This document shows positions 12,075-23,088 of a stretch of DNA of 34,224 nucleotides, one piece after another (position 1 is the first letter of the stretch; every line of letters begins with the position of its first letter). Where the stretch lies: positions 1-34,224 of the forward strand of contig JAXLNO010000538.1 in assembly GCA_038087875.1 (NCBI GenBank), given 5' to 3'. The notes under the pieces are model-generated. The model saw nothing but the letters and a program-made list of their open reading frames with translations. It searched no databases and was not told where the DNA came from. This DNA is from Malacoraja senta (Eukaryota). The position numbers were made by a program, and so were the translations under genes.

Positions 12075-13017
12075 CTACACCCAGGCGGCCATAGTTTCTG
12101 GGCGACTGCAAACGTACGGATTGCCCTTTGGTAAGTGGCGGGAGCGGTGCGCTGGTCTTGTCCTAATGTTTCTCCTGAGCATCTCGGCGTTGCTGGAGCT
12201 GGAATTGAACTTGTGGCTGTAGCATCTGCTTGGCCATATGTAGATTAGTGCGAGTTTGCCTTGACATGAGGCGCTGGGCAGGGGATTCCAGAATCGGGCC
12301 GCGGGAGATGTTCCACAGGTTAAGCAAGTCGAGCTGGACATCGGAGCCGGCGCTGTGTGACCATTCCATTAATTGTTTGGCGCTTCTTACCGCGGGTTCA
12401 GCCAGGCCGTTGGGCTGAGGGTATTCGGGGCTGCTGGTAATGTGGCGAAATCTCAGCGTTTAGCGAAACCCCTGAAGAGTTGTCTGGAGAATTGACTGCC
12501 ATTGTCAGACAGCAGCTGGATCGGTGCCCCGTGGACAGCGAAGTGGCGCGTAGGATGACCATGGCGGAGGTTGGACTATTGAGCAAATCGATCCCAAACC
12601 ACCTCGACTATGAATCGACTAGGACCAGGTACTGTTAGCCATGCCACTCGAAAATGTCCGTCGCTACTGTGGACCAGGGTAAGTCCAGTGTGGGGTGTGA
12701 GAGACGCGGTTGTTTGGGCTGGTGCGGAGCTAGGCTGTTGCAAACCGCGCAGGCTTTGACTTTCTCACTCACAAAATTGTCCATCCCAGGCCAGAAGAAC
12801 GTACTCTTTACACGCTGGATAGTTGCTTCTGCTCCGGGGTGGCCCCTGTGGACGGCCTCTAAATATTTGGCGCGCAGAGATGCCGGAATGACTGCCTTGT
12901 GTCCCTTCTCCACAATGTCGTCCTGGAGAACTAGTTCGTCGCGAACCTGGTAAAAGGGGCGAATTGGGGGAGGCAGCTGGTATTGTATGTCTGGCCAACC
13001 GTGACGGATGACAGTGG
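12075..13017 (-). pseudogene. Gypsy integrase remnants (HHCC and core)
   Basis: HRGHPG..FFWPGM..CAVC, PWSTVATDIFEW; frameshifted. Confidence 0.85.
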
Positions 13018-13642
13018 AGATAGGCTGTGGGCCGAGGAGCTTTATTTCAGTTTCGTGACCGAAGTAACCAAACTATATGAAATGTTCACATATTGTGTAA
13101 AAAAACCATATCAATCACCCCGGAAACTCGTCATGAACAAGACTTGCACATTTTCATTAAATTAGAGAAAAAACGGAACATTTTCGGGTATTTTTAGTCC
13201 AATCAAAGCACGTTTAACTTTGAGTTGTATGCCAGTTGGCCAATCACGCGCTTTGTTTCAGGCAGGGAGCACTGAGAGGGCTTCACTGATGCCTGTTTTA
13301 CTGGAGATTCCGATGAAGATTTTTTCTAGTTCTGTGGAATACATGTCGTGGAAACTTGCAGCAGGGTAATTGAATTTAGTGAGAAAAGCACGAAGAAGTC
13401 TGAAGAATGTGCAGCTAAGTGGAAGAAAGTCTTGAAAGCAATGTCCCTGCCTGAGGTGCTGCTGTCAAATTTTGTGAATCAACTGGAACTGAAAAGGTAA
13501 GATCTAAAGTCTGAATTATTGAAAATTAATCTGTATGCACTAATTAATTTAATTGCACCTTTATAATGTGAAAAAATGAGATTTGGAGGCTGTACATTCA
13601 CTCATTCATTCACTCATTCATTCACATTCATTCATACATTCA

Positions 13643-14700
13643 CCTGTTGCTAGCTGCCTCCGCCTTCAGTCCGGTATCTTTTTGTATTTTTGTTATGTTT
13701 TTGTTATGTTTGAAGAGCGTTTTTGTGTTTTTTTTAAAAAAGTTTTTATGTGGGGAAAGAGGGTACGATAAGGGGGATACCGTCCTTCAGTCGCTTCCTT
13801 GAGAGGATGCGACTATTATTCGAGTCGCGTCCTCGCCCCCCCCCCCCCCCCCCGCTCTGGCAGCAGCGGAGCAACGTTGGAAACATCGCGGGGCGGGCGA
13901 TGCCTTACAGGGGATCGCCGTTTGGAGCTCCGGAGTGCTGGGCCTGCTGCACCGACAGCGCGGAGCTGTGGTTCGCGGAGCTCCCAACGCGGGCGGCGCT
14001 GACCAACATCGCGGAGTCCAGCGACTCCACCCGGCTCGGCCTGCGGACTCCGGTGGGAGGTGGCTTATCTGGAGGTCCAGGCCCTCTCGCCGGGAACGGT
14101 GGAACCCCGACGCCGAACCCCGACGGAGAACATCCTCAGCGGCCCGGACCTCCAGATCAGCCACCTCCCACCGGAGTCCGCAGGCCGAGCCGGGTGGAGT
14201 CGCAGGACTCCGCGATGTTGGTCAGCGCCGCCCGCGTTGGGAGCTCCGGAGTGCTGGGCCTGCTGCACCGACATCGCGGAGCTGTGGTTCGCGGAGCTCC
14301 CAACGCGGGCGGCGCTGACCAACATCGCGGAGTCCGGATGATCTGGAGGTCCGGGCCGCTGAGGATGTTCTCCGTCGGGGTTCGGCGTCGGGGTTCCACC
14401 GTTCCCGGCGAGAGGGCTTGGGCATCGGGCCGCCCGTGGCGGCGACTGCGGGTCCTCGGGAGGCCCCGACCACGGGGGAACATCTGGGAAGATCGGCGGG
14501 GAGGCTGGCTGGACTATGGTACCTTCCTTAACTTTGGTGCCGCTGTGGGATTATGTTGTGTGTGGACTTCTGTGTTTGTGCTTTAAAAAAAAATGTTTAT
14601 TTATTTATTATTTATTTTTATGTTACTTGACTGTAAGGAAAATCCATTTCGTTGTCTCTAAAATGAGATCATGACAATAAATTGAATACAACAACAACAA
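13643..14700 (+). mobile_element. CpG-rich non-autonomous retroposon with Rex1-like tail, nested in transposon copy 1
   Basis: Inserted in the (TCAT/TCAC)n tract; ends catttcgttgtctc..gagatcatgacaataaa..(aac)n; shares motifs with 21630-21855 and 27340-27982. Confidence 0.65.
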
Positions 14701-14835
14701 TTCACTCATTCACTCGTTCATTCACTCATTCATTCATGAAGTACATGGACTACATATATATATATAGGTATAATCATATATAGTTTAAATGGACTGCAAC
14801 ACGGAAATAGGCTGCCCATGGTGTAATATGGGCAT

Positions 14836-14853
14836 TGGCCACTAGATGGCGCT
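14836..14853 (+). promoter_or_regulatory. CTCF-consensus motif in transposon copy 1
   Basis: tggCCACTAGATGGCGCt matches CCASYAGRKGGCRS. Confidence 0.6.
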
Positions 14854-15040
14854 TACTTTCCCGATCTTATTTTCTAATTAGTTTAATTAATTAATGTGCA
14901 GCGTTTGGCAATGACGAGTTATGACATCCTTCTCACTTATATTTCATCTAAATCTGTGGAAAATGTCATGTAGTTTGGTGACTTGGGTCACGAAAACTGG
15001 ATTCTAGACACATTTCTGATGCTCGGCCCACAGCCTAAGA

Positions 15041-16745
15041 GCATCGAGTAGCGTTTCGTCCGCAGCCGTTTGTGTTGCAAGGTCTAAACACGCGGAAGGA
15101 AGGTAAGAGACCATCATGACCACATACCCATCGTCGTCTGACAGGTGCTTCTCGCAGGTGCTGCGCGGGGCCGTGACAGGCTGTCGGCTAGATACATGAT
15201 CTTTCCACGTTTGTGAATCAGTTTCATGTTATACCTTTGTAGTTCCATCATCATGTGTTGTAAGCGCGCAGGGCCGCGTGTATTGGTTTGATCAGGATGC
15301 TGACCAGATGCTGGTGGTCGGTTTCAATTGTGACCGGGTTCCCAAAGATAAAGTCCTTGAATTTCTTGCAGGCGAAAGTTACGGCTAGCAGCTCCTTTCC
15401 GATCTGAGCGTAGCGCTGTTGTGTGTCAGACATGGTGCGGGTGGCAGAGGCGACAGGTCGGGGACCCTTACCGTCGTCGTGTAGGCAGGCAGCACCCAGC
15501 CCGTACTGGGAGACATCGCAAGTTAGGGTGACGGGCTGCTCGACATCGAAGTCTGTGAGGGTGGGAGTGCAAGACATTTGTTGTTTGAGGGTGGCGACCG
15601 CCCTCTGTTGTTGCTCGTGCCAGGACCAGTGCGAGTCCTTGTGAGTTAGCTGCCGCAGCGGGGCTGAGAGTTCGCTGAAGTTTGGGATGAACTTTCCCAG
15701 GTAGTTTACCATGCCGAGAAATCGTTGCAGAGCAGTTAGGTCTGTAGGTGCCGACATCTCGCTGATGGCAATGGTCTTGGAGATGTCGCATTGAGGCCGT
15801 TGCTGGTGAATACGTGACCCACGTACTTCACCTCGTTGCCTTGAAACCTGCACTTGCGCGGGTTGAGCTTGAGGTCTACCTCACTGGCACGATCTAGGAC
15901 TAATTTTAGGTTAGAGCCGTGTTCATGGACATCGCGCCCGGCGACCAGGATGTCGTCCACAATTACAGCACATGGGTACTTTCAAGAGAGAGCTCATAAA
16001 GTTAGCGGAGTCATGGGGATATGGGGAGAAGGCAGGAACGGGTTACTGATTGGGGATGATCAGCCTTGATCACATTGAATGGCGGTGCTGGCTCGAAGGG
16101 CCGAATGGCCACTCCTGCACCTATTGTCTATTGTTTATTGTACCCGGCAAGGAACTGTTCCATAGTGCGCTGGAAGACCTCACTAGCTAAATCAATACCA
16201 AACGGCATGCGTAAAAAACGATATCGTCCGAAAGGTGTTCCAAATATGGTTAGCATGGAGGATGCGTGGACTAGCGGAATCTGCCAGAATGAGCTCTTTG
16301 CATCTAGGACTGAGAATACCGTTGCTTTTTCCAGGTGTGTCACGACTTCTTCCACTGTCCGCATTGGGTGGTTTGGACGTTTGATGGCAGTGTTTAAGTC
16401 CCTGGGGTTTATACAAATCCTTATTTCGTCTTTATTCTTCTTGGTGCCTGTGACCATGGTGGAAACCCAGACAGGTGGGTCATTGACAGGGGCAACCAGG
16501 CCCAATGCTTCCATTCTGTCCAGTTCGTTTTTGACGCGGTCCCTCATTGCGTGGGGGATGCGGTGGGGGGGGGGGACGAACGAGTGGTGCGATATCCGGG
16601 TCGGCTATAATAGTGTACTTGGTAGGGAGCTTGCCCAGTTTATTGTCAAAAAGATCCATGTACTGTGAGAGTATTTGTTGAGCAGGACTCTGGATGGTGG
16701 ACAGCTGGTGCACGGCTTTACCGAAGGTGACCAGGCCCATATCAT
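15041..16745 (-). pseudogene. Gypsy RT and RNase H remnants
   Basis: IRICINPRDLN, LDAKSSFWQIPL, RMPFGI..ASEVFQ, IVDDILV, LQRFLGMVNYL, CDVSQYGLGA, KELLAV, TDH. Confidence 0.9.
15980..16139 (+). mobile_element. CR1/HER 3' tail inserted in Gypsy RT
   Basis: Flanked by gtac at 15976-15979 and 16140-16143; removal restores FLAGYPCAVIVDD. Confidence 0.85.
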
Positions 16746-16821
16746 GGCACGAACCGGGGCACCAAAACAAAACCAAACTAAAATAAACTCAGGCCAATAA
16801 GCTGGAGAATTGGTTCAAACA

Positions 16822-16832
16822 TTCTGACACCA
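16822..16832 (-). promoter_or_regulatory. Primer-binding site, tRNA-Leu type
   Basis: TGGTGTCAGAA directly after the 5' LTR, complementary to the ...TTCTGACACCA 3' end of vertebrate tRNA-Leu(CAA). Confidence 0.8.
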
Positions 16833-16957
16833 TGTTTGTAGAAGATCCATTACAAAGTCTGGAGTGAACCATCAGTCTTTATTACGATTTCAATGAGAGG
16901 GCATTATACAAAGCCGTGCATATCAGATCAGCTTACGTACTAAAAACCGCAGTAACA
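16833..16957 (-). repeat. 5' LTR (only 125 bp)
   Basis: Aligns to 11334-11458 with 8 mismatches counted by eye. Confidence 0.9.
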
Positions 16958-17239
16958 GAAATGCCTTGAATGCTTTGATTAATTGAATGATACAACATAG
17001 TTCGACAACCCCTTCGGCCCACCGAGTCCACCGCGACCATCGATCATTCATTCATAATAGTTCTATGTTGTCGCGTTCTAAAACATCCCCTGGATACTGT
17101 TAGGAGGAAATGTCCGGTCAGGGGAGAGCACCAGGTGCTGTCAGGTTTGTTGCCGCGGGCTCTGAGTCACAGCGGGGAAGAATAAAGCACTAGGGTGAAG
17201 GTGATCGTTAGTGATAGGAGGTTCTGTGGCAGCAAACTA

Positions 17240-17352
17240 GGTCAGGATACATCTGAAGAAGGCTTTCCACCCGGAACGTTGCCTATTTCCTTCGCTCCAT
17301 AGATGCTGCCTCACCCACACCCGCTGAGGTTCTCCAGCATTTTGTCTACCCA
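17240..17352 (+). mobile_element. Penelope pseudo-LTR end
   Basis: ctgaagaagg..ccggaacgttgcctatttccttcgctccatagatgctgcc matches 26990-27075. Confidence 0.7.
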
Positions 17353-17870
17353 GGATTAATCACAGCTTAGTTTGGGAAAAGCTCCATCCAGGACCGCAAG
17401 AAATTACAGCGAATTGTAGATACAGCCGAGGCCACCACACAAACCAACCTCCCTTCTGTGGACTCCATTTATACCTCACGCAACCTCGGCAAGATCTGCA
17501 GCTTAATCAAGGACGGGTCGCAACCTGGCCACTTCCTCTGATCCCCTCTCCCATCAGGCAAAAGGTATAGAAGTGTGAAAAAGCACACCACCAGATTACG
17601 GGACGGTTTCACCCAGATGTTATCAGGCTCTGAATCATCCTACCACAAACAGGGAGCAGTGTTGAAATACTATCTACCTCTTTGATGCCTCACGGACTAT
17701 CCTTGATTTCACTTTGCTGGCTTTACCTTGCCCTAAGCGTTGCTCCCTTATCATGTATCTATACACTGTAAATGGATCGATGGTAATCGTTTATTGTTTT
17801 CCTGCTGACTGGTTAGCACGCAACAGAAAAATCCACTGTACCTGGGTAAACGTGACAAGAAACTAAACTG
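17353..17870 (+). mobile_element. Rex1/Babar LINE 3' fragment (other subfamily)
   Basis: DRKKLQRIV, LPSGKRYRSVK..TTRL; tail gtgacaagaaactaaact. Confidence 0.75.
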
Positions 17871-18835
17871 AAGAGTTGTGTTGGCTCCCTGGTGCCAGGG
17901 GTCGCGATGCAGCAGGAAGTCTTTGCGCACATTGGCATAAATGACAGAGGGAGGGAAAGGGATGCGGTCCTCTAGAGTACACATTGAGAGTTCGGTAAAA
18001 CGTCATCTCCAGATAACTCCTGGTGTCATAGGCTAGTAAGGATAGGCATCGGAGGATAGGACATATGAATGCGTGGCTGATGAGTTGTTCAGGTGTGTAG
18101 TTTACCTGTGTAAGTGGGACGGGATGCACGTGAACTATGGGAGTCCATTGTCCTTGCAGTGAAGTTCGCTAAGGCTATTCGGGAGGGTTAAAATAGAATG
18201 GCAGGTGAGTGGGAACCAGAATAGAAAGTCAACAAATGGAAGGCCTGAAGTGAAGGTAGAGATTAGGACCAGTAAATCTCAAGGGAAGGACAGGTAGAGA
18301 GAGGTTAAATAAAAGTGGTGAAACTGGTTCCTGAAGTGTGTTTACTTGAATACACGAAATATCGTGGGTGAAGTGATTGAACTGAGAGCCAGGATCAGTA
18401 CTTGGAACACTGATATTGTTCCATTATGGAGACTTAGTTGGGACAGGGGCAGCAGTGGCAGTTCAACGTGGCAGGGTTTCAATACTTCACAGGTGATAGA
18501 GATGTGGTGGAGTTTCTTTACTAATCTGGGACAATAACACTGCATCACTCCGAGAGGACATACTGGGGTGGGGACTCGTCTCCTAAGGCGATATAAAATA
18601 AAAAAATGTGCAATCATTTTGATTGGATTTTATTTTAGACCCCCCCCCCCCAAATGGGCAGTGGCAGACATGACGGAAAGATGCAAAAACAACAGGGTAG
18701 TCATTGTGGGTGACATTAACTTCCCCAATATTGACAGAGATTTACTAAGATCTAAAGGGGCAGAAGTTGTTAGATGTATCCACGCGGGCTTCTTAAAACA
18801 ATGTGTGGACAGTCCTACTCGTGGTAAGACTCTAC

Positions 18836-19860
18836 TGTTATTGAGTAACACAGCGGGCCGGGCACAATCTCTGGACGTTTCGGGTCGGGGCCTTTGTTCA
18901 GACCGATTGTGGAAGGGGAGAGTTGCTGGAGGAGAGGAAGGACAGGATAAAACCTGGCAAGTGATAGGTGGATACATGTGACGGGTTGGTGGATAGGCAG
19001 ATGGTTGCACACAAGGCCAGAATTGAAACATATAATCCGTGAAATATGGATAGAAGTTTTGCGAACTGTCAAGCCAGAATATGAAAAGTAGGTGGATGGG
19101 GGGGGGAGGGAGCGCGGGTTGGGGGGGGTTGTTGGAATAAAGTGTCCGAGTCCACGGGGCCACAGGGAAGAGAGGGACGGAAGGAGTGGCGGGGAATGGG
19201 GTGTTTAAGATAGTTAGCTAACATTGGAGATTGGTGTGAACATTGAATTCTCCAATGTTAACTAACCATCTTAAACTGATGGTGGAGTTGATGAAATCCA
19301 TGCGTTCTACATGAGTGCAGGAATTAGCACCGATGCAGTCATCAATGTAACGGAGTTAGAGTTCAGGGATAGAGCCGGTGTACGACTGGAACAGGCATTG
19401 TTCAACGTACCCTACAAAGAGGCATGCATAGCTGGAGCCCATGCGCGTGCCCATAGCTACGCCTTGGACTTGGAGGAAGTGTGAGGAGTCAATGGATTTG
19501 TTGAGGGTGAGGACCAACACCACTAGGCGGATTAGTGTTAGCAGAGGGAAATTGGATGGTTCTGTGGTCGAGTAAAGTATGGAGGGCTTTCAGGCCTTCC
19601 TGGTAAGGGGTGGAGGGGTAGAGTGACAACGTCATAGTAAAGATGAGGGAGCTCGGACAGCTGAAGTCATTAAAGAGACGAAGAGCTTGTGAGGTATCTT
19701 GGATATAGGTCGGGAGAGATTGATCCAGGGGGAATAGGATGGGATCGAGATACATGGGAATCATTTCCGTGGGACAGGAGCAGGCAGAAACAATGGGTCT
19801 GTCAGGCATTTGTGTTTGTGGATTGTCGGTAGAAGGTAAAACCGGGCTGTGCGGCACTGG
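18836..19860 (-). mobile_element. Penelope-like element fragments (pseudo-LTR and RT piece)
   Basis: RPIVSACSCPTE..SLPTYIQDTSQAL..LIFTM; hammerhead-like core at ~18875-18901; 28-bp inverted repeat 19203-19230/19249-19276 at the ORF end. Confidence 0.75.
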
Positions 19861-20011
19861 GAAATGATCAGATTAGTTAGTTATGGGGACTGACGGGAGA
19901 TTCTGTGGCATAAACGGAAGACCTTTAGAGGAATATAACATCACGAGGTACATAGTTAAGAATATGATTTCCCAGTGTAGAAATGTCAAAGACTAGAAGA
20001 TATACATTTTA

Positions 20012-20297
20012 ATGTTTAGTTTAGTCCAGAGACACAATGTGGAAACAGTACCTTCGGCCCACAGAGTACAAGCCGACCAATGGTCACCCATAGACTAATG
20101 ATTTCCTACATACTGGGGACAATTTACAGGAGCCAAATTAACCTACAAACAACGTCTTTGAAATATGGGAAAATCCGGAGTACCCGGAGAAATCCCACGC
20201 GGTCACAGGAAGAACATACAACCCCCGGACAGCAGCAGTAATCAGGAAGGAAACCGGGAATGTAACGCAGTACGGCAGCAATTCTATCTCTGTGCCC
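20012..20297 (-). mobile_element. HE1/V-type SINE, degraded
   Basis: Reverse tail, V-domain and head motifs. Confidence 0.75.
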
Positions 20298-20544
20298 CTA
20301 TGCTGCTCTGGACAAAGGTGTGTGGTCAACTATTTAAAGGAGACTAGACCACTTGGACCCGTTGGCTTCCTGTCACACCGGATGCCTGGTATCCCAAAGC
20401 AATATTCCACCACTAACTGGTAGCCCCCACGGGATGTGTGGTTCCCCAACCTAAGATTCCACCCCTCCTGCCGCAACACTTCCAATTGCAATACTTCACC
20501 CCCCCCCCTCCTGTTCAAGCACTTGCTGGCAGGAGCTGTACTTG

Positions 20545-20793
20545 ACAGGAATAGACCATTCGCTCCTCAGTGACGACTATAATGCCAAGTTAAGCTAATC
20601 TCCTCTGCCCACATATGATCCAATTTCCTCTATTCACTGCATGTCCATGTGTCTATCTACAAGCCACTTAAGCTCCACTTGGATGTCGCTCTTCCAACAC
20701 CCCTGGCAGCGCGTTGCAGGTACTCATCGTTATGTTAAAAATACAACCCCGCACATCTCATTCAAACCTTGACAGTTTCACCGTAAAACCATG
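20545..20793 (-). mobile_element. CR1/HER 3' fragment, degraded
   Basis: atgtccatgtgtctatct..caccctggcagcgcgttgcagg-like sequence in reverse orientation. Confidence 0.65.
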
Positions 20794-21053
20794 TAGGCTG
20801 TGGGCCGAGGAGCTTTATTTCGTGACCCAAGTCACAGAATTACATGAAATGTTCACATATTGTGTAAAAATATTATATAAATCACCCCTGAAACTCGTCG
20901 AGTACAAGACTTGCACATTTTTATTAAATTAAAGAAAAAACTGAAAATTATCGGGTATTTTTAGTCCAATCAAAGCACGTTTAACATTGAGTTGTATGCC
21001 AGTTGGCCAATCACGCGCTTTGTTTCAGGCTAGCTAGGCAGGGAGCACACAAC

Positions 21054-21308
21054 ATGGCTGATAGTACTTCTACTGATGCCTGTTTTACTGGAGATTACGA
21101 TGAAGATTCTTTCTAGTTCTGTGGGATACATGTCGTGGAAACTTGCCGCAGGGGAATTGAATTTAGTGAGAAAAGCATTAAGAAGTCTGAAGAATGTGCA
21201 GCTACGTGGATAGAAGTGGGAAAAAGTCTTGAAAGCTAAGTCGCTGCTGAGGTGCTGCAACAGAGTTGTGAAACCAGTCAAACTTTGTGAATCAACTCAA
21301 ACAGAAAG
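21054..21308 (+). pseudogene. Dead first exon of the transposon gene
   Basis: CCAAT at 20966 and 21007, caacATGG start, MADSTSTDACFTGDYDEDSF*FCGIH..FSEKSIKKSEECAATW..ES*VA, donor AG|GTAAGA. Confidence 0.55.
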
Positions 21309-21410
21309 GTAAGATCTAAAGTCTGAATTTATGAAAATTAATCTGTATGGACTAATTAATTTAATTGCACCCTTTATAATGTGAAAATATGAGTTTTGGA
21401 GGCTGTACTT

Positions 21411-21535
21411 TCACTCATTCATTCACTCATTCATTCACTCATTCATTCACTCATTCATTCACTCACACATTCACTTAACTCATTCATTCACTCATTCATT
21501 CACTCATTCACTCATTCACTCATTCATTCATTCAT
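21411..21535. repeat. (TCAT/TCAC)n microsatellite
   Basis: Direct reading; the equivalent tract in copy 1 is split by an insertion. Confidence 0.95.
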
Positions 21536-21629
21536 GAAGTTGAGGGCCTAAACTATGTGTATCCATAGCAAGGTAAATTAAACATTGTCACTAATGCCAG
21601 CTTGTTGTAGTCTAATAAGTCTTTAACAT

Positions 21630-21855
21630 CTAATCTCGGAGCTGCCTGCGATCACTTACCGAGTACAAGTGCTCCGATCGCGGGGCCTATGTACTTAACA
21701 TAGTGAAGCCGCGGTCTCAATTAAGAAGCGGACGATTCGCGAACGCGGAGCCGCGGAGTGTGTTTGGATCATCTCCGCCGGGGGGGAGGCTGTACATAGT
21801 GCCGTCCGCTACGGCCGTTTCCAGGCCCCGACCACGGGAGAAAAACGGAGGAATA
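21630..21855 (+). mobile_element. Internal fragment of the CpG-rich retroposon family
   Basis: gaagccgcggtct, cggagtgtgtttg and ggccccgaccacggg shared with 27630-27800 and 14462. Confidence 0.55.
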
Positions 21856-22060
21856 TTCATTGCGCAATATAGGCTGCCATTGGAGTGAGAAATGGTCAGA
21901 AATGGCTGATGTTTATGTAGAAATGAATAGGTGTATGTGAACTTGAACTAATTTATCTATGGTAGTAACCTAGTGTTATCTCATTAACATTAAGAAGAGG
22001 TTCAAATTTTATGAATTGAAGTCCATGCAGACTTAATGACTATGAGATTTTTTTTTGTAG

Positions 22061-22161
22061 CCTCTGCCTGACCCTCCACTTGCACTTGAACTAACTTATC
22101 AATGGACTTATCAAAAGACTTGGAATCTGATGAAGAATATTCAGATGAAGATCAGATGTAA
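22061..22161 (+). pseudogene. Deleted last-exon remnant of the transposon gene
   Basis: Acceptor tttttttttgtag, PLPDPPLALELT, then (frameshift) DLESDEEYSDEDQM*, AATAAA at 22170-22175. Confidence 0.45.
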
Positions 22162-22306
22162 TGTAAACAAATAAATTGGGGAAATAAATGATTATATAAA
22201 GTTTTATTTTAGTGTCGATCGTTTCACTGTTTATTTGGTCAAATTATTTAAACAATGAGTGAATTACTTATGATAATGGCGTGCTGGTGAATGACAGTGC
22301 AACAGT

Positions 22307-22590
22307 CCACCCACCCATCCACACATACATACACACATTCACACACACATCCATCCGTACGCACACTTCCATGCATGCACACACACACATACATACATGC
22401 ACACATACATCCGCACACACACACACACATCCATCCGCACGCAGACATACATGTACACATCCATGCACACACATACATCCACACACATACATCCAAACAT
22501 ACATCCACACACATACATCCACATATACATCCACACATCCATCCATCCACACATACACACACACTTACATCCACACATCCACAGATACAC
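22307..22590. repeat. CA/CATC-rich degenerate microsatellite
   Basis: Direct reading. Confidence 0.95.
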
Positions 22591-23088
22591 GTTTGACAGT
22601 CAACTGACTGTCAAATTAACTTTAACCCAATGTCTGCAGTATGCTATTTGCACTTTTCTATATTGCACCTTTTATTAATGAATATTTGATATAATGTATA
22701 TGTCCATTGTCTATTTTTATTGGTATACTGTCTGTCTGTGTTATAAATATTACTTGCCCATTGGAGTATGGGGAAACGCAATTTCAATCCTCTGTGTAAC
22801 TACTTGTTGCATTATTTGAATTGACAATAAAGTTACTATTACTATTACTATTACTGACAGGTATACACAGACACACACACAAACTACAGATACTCAAACA
22901 ATGCAACACTTTTAGGGTTATTTTAGGTTTAAAGTAATAGCCCTCATTTGCAAAGGCACCATCGGGGGGTCTCTAACATAAATATAAGGTCATTGTAGCT
23001 TTAAATGAATACTCATCGAGTAAACATCAGAGCATTCGATTCTTGGTCAGGATGTGACATTTACATCAGAAATAAAACAGGTCACTTA

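Larger units (their letters stand above)
13021..15037 (+). mobile_element. Non-autonomous DNA transposon, Academ-like, copy 1
   Basis: 16-bp TIR TAGGCTGTGGGCCGAG plus an imperfect subterminal inverted segment; AGA on both flanks (13018-13020, 15038-15040); interrupts Gypsy pol. Confidence 0.8.
11334..16957 (-). mobile_element. Gypsy LTR retrotransposon (Mag-like), degenerate, gag and most of protease deleted, with nested insertions
   Basis: TG..CA LTR sequence at both ends; 5-bp TSD GAAAT (11329-11333, 16958-16962); PBS and PPT; RT-RNaseH-integrase order; C-terminal YRTRTGRVYKP motif. Confidence 0.92.
17085..18835 (+). mobile_element. Old CR1/HER LINE 5' part (SGNH-esterase ORF1 and APE endonuclease remnants), interrupted
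   Basis: DRRFCG, CWLPGAR, HIGIND, MNAWL, DGMH; LKCVYLNTRNI, FYFRPP, VIVGDINFPNID, QCVDSPTR. Confidence 0.75.

Noticed and set aside
13750..14586. 278-aa ORF and overlapping ORFs
   Set aside because: Open on both strands because of high GC and internal duplication; no domain motifs
13021..15037. Tc1/mariner assignment from flanking TA
   Set aside because: Termini would be GGCTG rather than CAG-type, and the AGA duplication plus exon remnants favour TAG..CTA ends; the TA reading does keep the Gypsy frame open, so it is disfavoured rather than excluded
22248..22678. Overlapping His/Thr and Cys/Val/Met ORFs
   Set aside because: Microsatellite translations
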